From: Nemertoderma westbladi
Lineage: Eukaryota; Animalia; Xenacoelomorpha
DNA length: 50,427 nucleotides
Direction of reading: 5' to 3'
NCBI GenBank assembly: GCA_032718475.1
Contig: JAUCBJ010000029.1
Span: 1-50,427 of the forward strand
Numbering within the stretch: position 1 is the first letter of the stretch; each line of letters opens with the position of its first letter. A model generated the notes under the pieces. It searched no databases. It saw only the letters and a program-made list of their open reading frames with translations, and was not told the origin of the DNA. Below are positions 34,127-43,520 of this stretch, piece after piece. The position numbers and the translations under genes were made by a program.

Positions 34127-34139
34127 GGTCCAGGCACCA
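34127..34139 (-). other. tRNA primer-binding site of the inner BEL element
   Basis: TGGTGCCTGGACC on the minus strand, 3 nt after the 5' LTR. The TGG start is complementary to tRNA CCA; the isotype is uncertain (His/Phe-like). Confidence 0.7.
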
Positions 34140-34142
34140 AAA

Positions 34143-34413
34143 TGTAAGGGAAATACCCAAACATGAAACAGTACGACACTGTCAAGTATAATAAAACGTA
34201 AAAGGTCTCATAAACTAATAACTGTATAATATAATAAGATAGAACTGCAGGAATATAATATAACAGTATAGAACCACACAGTAAGGGAAGCATCAGCTGG
34301 ATAGCCCAATCACCATGATAGTCACTATGAATATAATCAACTTACAATGAGTAAACTAATAACAACTATATGGATAATATATGACCTATCTATACACGAA
34401 TATATTTCGTACA
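34143..34413 (-). repeat. 5' LTR of the inner BEL element
   Basis: Direct repeat of 27779-28049. Confidence 0.95.
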
Positions 34414-35597
34414 ATATATAAGTATAATTATTACAGACTAGATTTGTCACAGAATACCGGTATATAATTTCAGCACAAATATATATAAATATATAATAGG
34501 CCTATCGTGAATACCGGTATACAGCTTACACTTATAGTATATAAGTATAATTATGGACTATAATTAATTACAGAATACCGGTATAATTTCAGCCTAAATT
34601 TATAGAAATAAATATAATAAGCCTATCGTAAATACCGGTATGTCAATTATTTTAGAATAATTGAATTTCTGAATTTTAGGGGTTACTTGTTTACTTTACT
34701 TTACTTGATTGCCGTTATTTAAGCAGTAGTCCAACTGACATTAAGACCTAATTGTTGTAAGACAGGCCTACTATTTTATAAATCGGTTTGAGTTGATTTA
34801 TAATATATGTGTACCCGTTTAATGGGTTTTGTCAATATTTGAAATAAATGTTATTATTTCTGGGAAGGAGTCACTACACAGAAGCTGTCCGCTCTCAGTG
34901 AAGTGCTACTTGTTGGACACTAAAACAAATAATTCTAATTTACCTAAGTTACTTATTACTACAAATTACGTACAATTCGGGGTGAGATTACAATCTCTAA
35001 ATAAACACAAAAAATTACACGTACGAATTTTTAGGGTAATTTTACAAGAAGTCTACAAACCAGCCTAACAAAGGGTTAGAATATCTGTTTATTACAACGG
35101 ACAGGGTACTACGGTATTTGAAAATAACAAAGCAGTAGTAAATATACTGCGTTGTCCAGATAGGAAAAATACCACCGTCTGACGACTTATAGCCGTATCG
35201 CTATAAGTACTACGTTATGTATCACGGAGTGTTCCTACCTAGAAGTTAATTACCGCGGTCTACCAGAACCAACGTGCCTATTAACCACTTTACAACACAA
35301 ATATACTGCCTACACACTAATTACCTTCGGAAAGTATTGTACACTAAACCCTAAATTAGGTACAAGTACTTATACAACAAATAACTAGCAGTTAGAAATA
35401 CTTGTACAGCTAAAAGAACCACGGTATCTGCTGGAGTGACCGGGGCACAAAATCACCAGTCTTTACCTACGCCAAGCAGCCCTGATGTAGTACCGGGGTT
35501 AATTTAACTATAACGGTATGTATAACAAGCACAATTACTGTAGGAATAAACTTGGGGTTGTGAATGTTGCGAATAATCGTATAAACTCTGAATAATA

Positions 35598-36170
35598 AAT
35601 ATTACGCTACGCGTACAGACTACTCAAATAAAATACAGACCAAACTCTGGCAGACTACTATCAAGCCCAAACAAACTACAGTATATGCAGACTCCGAAAT
35701 GGTTAGTTAGTATGCGTTCTAACCGAGTAGTACGACTTATTCTTTCAAGGGGATTTACCTCACAGCACTGGAAGCCCCTACATTCCTAACTAGTAATTTA
35801 TCGGACATACACTCTACACACACCGCAATCTCCTCAAACCTAACAACAGCCAGACAACAATCCAGCCTACAAATTATCTAAATAAGAAATATTACGCTAC
35901 CCGTACAGACTACACATACAAAATACAGACCAAACTCTGGCAGACTACTATCAAGCCTAAACAAACTACAGTATATGCAGACTCCGAAATGGTTAGTTAG
36001 TATGTGTTCTAACCGAGTAGTACGACTTATTCTTTCGAGGGGATTTACCTCACAGCACTGGAAGCCCCTACTTTCCTAACTGGTACTTTATCGGACATAC
36101 ACTCTACACACACTGCAATCTCTTCAGACTTAACAACAGTCAGACAACAGTCCAGCCTACAAATTATCTG
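35598..36170. repeat. ~290-bp tandem duplication in the leader of the large LTR element
   Basis: AATATTACGCTAC...CCAGCCTACAAATTATCT starts at about 35598 and 35888 with scattered substitutions. Confidence 0.9.
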
Positions 36171-36312
36171 TACAATCTGAGCAGGCTTACACGTCTTCTG
36201 CTCAATATTAACCTACAAATAAATAAAACTGACAGAAATAGGCCTAAGTAAAATCCCAATAAAAACCAGGCGTCCCCGATTACTTATTAAGACCTACCGG
36301 TATATAATTATC

Positions 36313-37317
36313 GGAAGCAGGACAATTCGGTCCCGGACAATTCGGTCCGGACAATTCGGTCCCAAAACATGCATATTACTGGGACCGAATTGTCCGGGAC
36401 CGAATTGTCCGGGACCGAATTGTCCGGGACCGAATTGTCCGGGACTGAATTGTCCAGGACCGAATTGTCCGGGACCAAATTTAATTGGTACTATATAATG
36501 GTGAATGTTCTAGAACATTAATATATATTATTATATGATAGCTAGTGTTTTTTTACTAGCTAGTATTTTTTTAAAAATAAAAAAAATTTACTTTTTTTTG
36601 GTAACATTATTAGTTATGGTAGCTATGGTGTTTTATTGAGCTTGTGAAATATTTACTAGCTAGTCTAGTAATAGTATGTATTTAAAATGTTTAAAACTGA
36701 TTTTTTTTTATATATTGCGTAAGTATACTGTATGTGTTGTTGGTTGGTTAACAAGCCTAAATTATTATCTTAGATAATAGCTGGATCTCATTCAGGGACT
36801 TTTATAATATCATCAATATTGTTGGTAATTAATATAATCAGCAACAGTTTAGGCCTAATTCTGAAATATCAATGTTTTCACAAGTGTTTTTATAATTTCA
36901 AGGAAATGCTAGCTAGTAAAAAAAAACACTAGCTACACCTTAATAAATAATATATAATAATGTTCTCGAACACTTACCAATAACAAAAATAAAAAAAATA
37001 CAGTATTTTTAAAATTTCAAAAAATTCTAGCAAGTAAATAACACTAGCTACCATAACAAATATCTCTACTAATGTTCTAGAACATTCCTCAATATCAAAA
37101 AAGCAATAAAAAGTTGCTATCAGGAACCGGACAATTCGGTCCCGGACAATTCGGTCCTAGGACAATTCGGTCCTAGGACAATTCGGTCCCGGACAATTCG
37201 GTCCCGGACAATTCGGTCCCATTTATTTAGTGTTTTGGGACCGAATTGTCCGGGACCGAATTGTCCGGACCGAATTGTCCGGGACCGAATTGTCCGGGAC
37301 CGAATTGTCCTACATCC
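36313..37317. mobile_element. Mutator-like foldback MITE with 15-bp subterminal repeats
   Basis: Ends GGAAGCAGGACAATTCGG / CCGAATTGTCCTACATCC, with GGACAATTCGGTCCC units in both orientations in each arm. The 9-bp TSD ATAATTATC is at 36304-36312 and 37318-37326. Confidence 0.9.
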
Positions 37318-37441
37318 ATAATTATCAAAATCGAATAATACTGCTGTACCTGTACTGCTGTAGGTACCGGTCCGGGTGGTTAGGTAGTCAGGCCTACTAG
37401 GTACCGGTTGACCGGTACTTCAGCTTTATTGCCTACTGCAA

Positions 37442-37462
37442 TACAGAAGCTATATCTGTTAT
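37442..37462 (-). other. Non-tRNA primer-binding site candidate (complementary to the element's own LTR)
   Basis: Minus-strand ATAACAGATATAGCTTCTGTA abuts the 5' LTR and pairs with minus-strand LTR segment 38228-38208 (TATAGAACGTATATCTGTTAT). Confidence 0.55.
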
Positions 37463-38660
37463 TGTTCGCGCTTTCAGACCTTTAGCAGTTTAACCTGCCA
37501 AATTTGGATGTCTTCTAGATAATAAATCGACTTTAGCCTATGACGAGTATTTGATACACTACATTAGCCGAAGCCAGTCTATGCGCGACCATTCACCCGC
37601 TGGATATACCCGGGAGACTGGATTCGGAAGCTTAACCTTATTGCGGTGTAGGCCTACTGTATTATTCGACTGATCGTAATATATAATCTCTGACAAATAT
37701 TATTCACTTTCGGGAAATATTAACAGTTCCTTTAGGACGTGGCGCTCTAAATATGTAAACAGAGTTATGACTTAAACTAGACACAACGGGATGGCTATGG
37801 ATTCACGTATATAGCGCATTCTTTAGGAGATGCTTTGTTATCAGTCACAATCATACACAATACTGCACAATGCTGCACACCGATCTGCCGACTTTCACTA
37901 ATTTTAGTCACATATAAAGAGAACAACAACCAATACATGTAGTGCCTATGAAATAGCATTAGATTCACTTCAAAACCACTTTAATGTAAGTCGCAATCGT
38001 TATATGTAACCGGTCTCTCTTACCTTCAGTATATCAAGAAGATTGAGGGTTTTGTAATTATTTATCGATATTCCAAATATAATAATATTCCATCAACTGA
38101 TACAATGAATAACCGACAGTAAATAGCAGTAAAATTGCGGTGTTTGTAGTTGACAATATGATTAGGTGAGTAGGTTTGGTAGGCATGAATTGGTATGAAT
38201 TGAATTGATAACAGATATACGTTCTATAATTAAGCCTACTAATGTTGGGCTAAAGCCTGAAAACACAGAGATTCCAAAGCCGGTCTTCTGGGCTCAGGAA
38301 AAAGGTAAACATTGACCCATAATGCATTGCGCGATTTCCCGGAGGTTTCTGTACAAAAAGCAGGAGAATCGCTCTGATTGGTTGACCGAACAAAGAAACA
38401 CCAGAGAACAAGGAAAAAGCTACACGTGTACAGATCAGCTGTTAGCTGTCGTCATAGTAACTACACTGTTTCAAGAGGATTTAGCGTATTGCGACATAGA
38501 ATTGCTAGTTATGTCCGCTAAAGTACACATACAGAAGAAATGGCTTTTTATGTCCACTAAAACACCAGTACAGTAAGGAAACGGCTTTTTATGCCCGTTA
38601 AACCAACTACAGAGTACTTTGCGGGGAAAATAACCGGCTAATTCCGCAAAAGCTTTTACA
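37463..38660 (-). repeat. 5' LTR (1198 bp) of the large element
   Basis: TG...CA ends and near-identity to 18425-19431. A CCAAT box (ATTGG at 38377-38381) is conserved in the diverged solo LTR. Confidence 0.9.
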
Positions 38661-39160
38661 CATTGCGCTAGTTTTCTCAGTTAGGTCTCTCTACTGGCAT
38701 AACGGGGAAGATTGCTCTGATTGGCTGAATAAGCCAGGACAAAGAGATCTCCACGTACACAAAGAATCAGCTGACCGATTTCGTCATCTTGGTTCTAATT
38801 TCTTTCCGACACGTAGTTGAACAATTTTAGGGATATTTTAGAGTATTCTGCGCATTGCGTGAAAATGACTTGTTATGTCCGCAAAAGCTTTTACATTTAC
38901 AGTAAGTATCCCCCTGTCGAGCGGGCTCCTAATTATATCCCACGTGTACTGTGCGATGGCCGCGTTCTATCGATATTATAGTATCCTTTACTGTGTTACA
39001 TTAAGCATATAAAAGTAGGCCTACTTATAATATAATAATGATCAGATATCTACAGTACTACGTAAAAAACTTTCTAAATCCGACGTATTTTGCCTTGATT
39101 TGTAGTTGTTGTAATATGCCTATTTCCTACAATAGTTATAATTTCACTGGGGTTTCCATT

Positions 39161-39235
39161 GGTGCAGTGGTCGAGTAGGTTAAGGCGCGGGTTACATTTT
39201 AAGTAGGTCAGGGGTTCGAATCTGGGTCGGTAAAT
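39161..39235 (+). pseudogene. tRNA-derived sequence (SINE head or tRNA pseudogene)
   Basis: A-box-like TGGTCGAGTAGG (39168) and B-box-like GGTTCGAATCT (39213) at tRNA spacing. The acceptor and anticodon stems do not pair. Confidence 0.55.
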
Positions 39236-39372
39236 TTTATTTTGGGCTATTATATTTTCGGTTTCATTAATTTAGATAAGCCAATGGGGTGCGTACAACA
39301 CGTGGAACGATGGGTTGGGCCAATCGTAGGGCACTTGACAATTTATTGCTCCAATGTGCGTTCATAGAATGT

Positions 39373-39960
39373 TGTAGAATGTTCTAGTTGATTCCATGGT
39401 TAGGATTTGCTAAGGGGGCGGTTTGCCCTTCGGTTATCACTTAACTAAAACTTAACTTGACTTAGCTTGCCTAATTACTTTAGTTTAGTTCCCCCTTTTG
39501 TATTTTGTAAAGTTAAGTTGATAAGTCTTTGTAATTACGTTAAATATACTGCAAACTCTCTGCCATGTAGTTTTAACGTATCTATCTTGAGACAGCCAAA
39601 CGCTTCGGAGAATGGCTGCCTAGACCGTTAGGCTTCAGCAACGCAAGGGAAAAGATGTCCACGATGCATTAGAGAGTCCACATTATCTTCGCCCACGCCC
39701 ATTCGAGAGTATGCCTCACTGCCAGAAAGCGCCCATATCAGAGGAAGGTAAGACTTTGTTCGACGCCCTTGCCCGCCGTAAGACCTTAGATCTGGGTAGG
39801 GCGTGATGCCGTCCTGGGACGCCGTAAAATTTAGGATCAAATATCTCAGATTCAGACAGGAAAAAACCCGGTCAACCTGTATCTCCTACAGGTGCGAGCT
39901 GTTGCTGTTCGTCAGTACGCGCAAGTACTGTACACTTAGGTGCGAGTAGCACGCTCTATA
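39373..39960 (+). mobile_element. Possible LTR of another truncated retroelement, followed by non-coding leader
   Basis: TGTAGAATGT...ACGCTCTATA imperfect inverted ends followed by ATTTGGTG (PBS-like). No partner LTR or ORF in the window. Confidence 0.25.
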
Positions 39961-41061
39961 ATTTGGTGATTTGCAGTACTGACAGTACAGTACCGGTTGG
40001 CATTGTAGGCCTTATAGATTGACTGACCTGTCTGATTCCAAAGTATTTGATCAGGCAAGAGGCAGCTTTCTGCTACCGGCACACGTTTGGCTTAGGGAGG
40101 TTTACTAACATCCTACCGCGCCCTTGCCATGTACTGACTGATAGGTATTTACTGCTGACCACCACAGTATCAAAGTTCTAGAATCAAATTTATATACCAG
40201 ATCAGCTATACCAGTATACGTACGGTAGTAAATTAACACCTATTTCATTATCTCACAATCAGAATCTGGTATTAGTGCCGATCATGGGTGTAGTTACTAA
40301 CACCGTAATTGCCCGGTTGAGTTGTGAATGAAGGAGGAGAGAGCCCTTTTGACGTCAGTTTGTAAGTATTGCGCCTACAGCGTGCGACTATAGCTTACTC
40401 GAGTAGCTAGCGCCCGGTATTGTTATTTTGATTAAAATCACCAAAACCTAGTATAACGGCGATACACCAAAATTGTTTTATTCGTAACACACACACACAC
40501 GCGTCTTGTGTCTTGAGATCTAAGCTACTGTAGGCTACTGATTACGGCAAGAATATTCTATTATTTGAGGAGATACAGTATTTAATATTTGTTTTACTCA
40601 GGCAGTGGGGCACCCTTTTGACTGCTATTTTCCTGTCGGCAGTATTGTTTTACGCTAGTGTCGTTGACCCGCAAGCTCGTATACCCATATAAATGACAAG
40701 TTTACAGTATTTTAGGTCCATTAGCGATAGTTAGGATTCGCTACGCGGGGATTGTTTTCCCGTGAGTTTGGTCTGTATCTGTAGACTGTACAGTACATCT
40801 GCCTCACCGGTTAGAGGCCGGGCATCCTGTTTGTCTAGTTAGCCCGGGCATTTGATTCGCCCACGTATTAGAATAGACATCAGGCTCCGTTCCTCGCCAG
40901 TAGTAGTTTGTGTACTTAGTACAGTTTCTGTTTATTTAGACACCCTGGACTGGGATTTCTTGTCAGATACTGTACGAGCCCGTATACACTGCTGGATTCT
41001 ACAGTAAGGAGGTACTTCGTTACTAGGATCCGGTAGGCGGTATACTACTGGACTTATCACC

Positions 41062-41359
41062 CTCTTCGCTTGCGGCAACTGGGTCTCCCGATCTTGAGCA
41101 TCGTCGCCATCGGGCTGATCTCATTCAGGTTTATCGGTATCTGTCGGGACTTGAGTCGGTCGACCATCAATTTACTCTATCACCCAGCAGTACTCGCGGC
41201 CACTCCTTAAAACTCCAGAAACCACGTGCGAGATTTCTCCAACGAAACTCAATCTTTCACTTCCGGGTCATTGACCCATGGAATGCGTTGACCGATGATG
41301 TAGTGACCGCACCCTCGTTAAATACATTCAAATCCAGGCTGAACACTCACTATAAATAA
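41062..41359 (+). mobile_element. 5'-truncated CR1-like LINE, ORF2 C-terminus (not in the ORF track)
   Basis: Manual translation gives LRLRQLGL(frameshift)DLEHRRHRADLIQVYRYLSG...STRGHSLKLQKP...FRVIDPWNALTDDVVTAPSLNTFKSRLN, the characteristic CR1 tail. A duplicated 3'-UTR-like segment follows (about 41415-41725). Confidence 0.85.
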
Positions 41360-43426
41360 ACATTTACCCTTAAAATTTACTCCATCGTGGTGGAACCACA
41401 CATAAACCGTCCATAATCTGCCCTTCTACTGTATAACTCATTATCGTTGTTTTATCGTATTTTAATTAAGATTTTTAATCTGACGTTTTATCGCATGGCC
41501 ACCTATTAAATTGTTTTATCATAATTCGGTTTTGTATTATACTTTTAAATAATGTTACACATTTTTATTTTATTTTTTGTTTTTTTTTTAGTTTATACAA
41601 TATGAACACAAAGTATTTTAATCTGCCCAACTATAACTGATTACCATTGTTTTATCGTATTTTAATATTTTTAATCTGACTTTTTATCATCTGGCCACCT
41701 ATTAACATTGTTTTATCATAATTCTATCATTTCCCTTATTTTATTTACAGTTCCAGTGTGTTTTTAATCACGATTGGCGATCTATTTTATTTTATTCGTA
41801 TTTGTAAAAATACTTAAACTGTACATACAGTATATTATTTTTTTACATATATTAATAATAATTAGTGCAATTCTCAAGACTCGTAATTACCGGTATCAAC
41901 ATTTAATTATTACCCATAAACAGTTTTAGATACTTATTGTAACTTCATCTAGGATTTGTAAAAATTGTCTACTGTATAGCAAAGTTTTTAGTTAAATTTT
42001 TAATTTACTTGTACAGGTACAACAATAATTAGCTTTCTATACCTTAAACATTAAACATATCATATAACTGTTCATTACACAGCTACACTACATTACATCA
42101 ATATATGAAAGGTGGGATCTAAGTTCGTATATGTTGCGAATCTAAGTTCATGGGAAGGATCTACGTTTGCATGGGAAGAATTTAAGTTCATATGGGATGG
42201 ATCTATGTTCACCCAAGATCTAAGTTCATTCAGGATCTAAGGTGCCCTACAGCCTTAGGATCTAAAGCCGGGGAACCCTGTACATGTACAATGTACCAAT
42301 AGCCTAGGCTTAATGTACAGTACGTGATGTACTGATGTACTGTCTGATTGTCACTGTCTGACTGTCGTGACTCTTATCTCTGTATCCTGCTGATCTGTCT
42401 GTGACTCCAGACTCGTGAGTCGTGACTATACTGCTGTACGCACCGGTGTGGTACTGCACTCTACTTGAAATTAGGTATACCGGTCTGCCAGTAGAGCCTA
42501 TTTTTAAGAGTTCTGGAGTTAGGCCAAGGCCTTAAAAATTTTCGCCCGCTTCGCTCGCTTTTGTGTATTATACCTTCTGTATTACGCCCTACAGCCCTAC
42601 TGCCCTACTCTTATTCATCATTCAAATAACTGTAATACCTGAATACTGTCTCACTGTAATAGGGACAGAGCAGACTGGCAGCGGCAGAGGGAGATTGTGG
42701 ATTGGATTAGTGATATTTTATTACAGTTTATTAACCTATAGACTGATAGAAGTAGTTCCGTGTCCGTGCCTTGAACTGTTTTGCACTCCCACATTATGGA
42801 CAGACCAACAGTTCAGCAGTTTGAGCATTGAAGGCTGGAAGGTACCGTCTGACCGTATCCAATCCGCGCTCGCGACATCAGTAGGCCTACACTCCGATTT
42901 AATTCATATTCACATCTGTAGGTAAAAAATAGTCGGTTGACCCAAAAATGTTCAACTTTTCTTGCTCGCTACACTCGCAATTTCATCACATCTGTATTTT
43001 TTAAAAACAGTCGGTTGACCTACTATCTTCATAGGCCTATTACTGTAGGCCTATTCGCTATTCATGTTTACATTTCTGCAAAATTTTCTTGCTCGCTTCG
43101 CTCGCATTTCCATGTTAAAATAGCCTACTGTAGGAGTAGGTCTAGCTCTAGGTCTGTAGGTACTGCAGTTAAAGTTATAAATGATTACAATAATTGCAAA
43201 ATTTAATGGTCAATCTTTCAATGGTTGGCGCGCTTTTCGTTTTACCAGAACTCGTGTGGCGCACTTTTTGTCAATATTCCATCTGTCCATACAGCCATAT
43301 AGGCTAAAAAGTAAAAGTAAATTTTCTTCGGCCGCTAGGCCAGGGATTACGCACAAAGTCTTACGACTTATTTCCAGTGCACAGTGCGGTCCCAGGTTGG
43401 AATTTATGTAGAGTTTGCTCAACATG

Positions 43427-43520
43427 TGTGGCGCGGATTAAGGATCCTGGCGCGTAGTGACAGGGGCGTGTGGCGCGGATTAAGGATCCTGGCGCGTAGT
43501 GACAGGGGCGTGTGGCGCGC
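43427..43520. repeat. 41-bp GC-rich tandem repeat (~2.3 copies)
   Basis: GTGTGGCGCGGATTAAGGATCCTGGCGCGTAGTGACAGGGGC repeated. Confidence 0.85.

Larger units (their letters stand above)
27779..34413 (-). mobile_element. Full-length young BEL/Pao LTR retrotransposon (6635 bp)
   Basis: 271-bp TG...CA LTRs, identical by eye, with TSD ATATA at 27774-27778 and 34414-34418. PBS, PPT and gag-PR-RT-RH-IN domain order are all present. Confidence 0.95.
18425..38660 (-). mobile_element. Large non-autonomous BEL/Pao-derived LTR retrotransposon (~12.6 kb without nested insertions)
   Basis: Paired TG...CA LTRs with TSD CATTG at 18420-18424 and 38661-38665, a BEL-type Gag-protease ORF, and a purine-rich tract next to the left LTR that fixes the minus orientation. 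Confidence 0.9.
17611..38895 (-). mobile_element. Solo LTR (~1044 bp) split into 17611-18424 and 38666-38895 by a related element
   Basis: Same termini as the inner LTRs (TGTTCGCGCTTTCAGACC...GCAAAAGCTTTTACA) but diverged internally. The 5-bp TSD TTTAC is at 17606-17610 and 38896-38900. Confidence 0.85.
16731..38975. repeat. 39-bp perfect direct repeat bracketing an insert of ~877 bp (excluding nested LTR layers)
   Basis: ATCCCACGTGTACTGTGCGATGGCCGCGTTCTATCGATA at 16731-16769 and 38937-38975. Confidence 0.85.
16472..42277. mobile_element. Mutator-like (MULE/foldback) non-autonomous element; outermost layer of the nest
   Basis: Begins GGTAAAACGAACTTAGATCC with repeated GAACTTAGATCC units, and ends with inverted GGATCTAAGTTC units and GGGGAACC. 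The 9-bp TSD CTGTACATG is at 16463-16471 and 42278-42286. Confidence 0.75.

Noticed and set aside
39161-39235. Functional tRNA gene
   Set aside because: A and B boxes are present but the cloverleaf stems do not pair.
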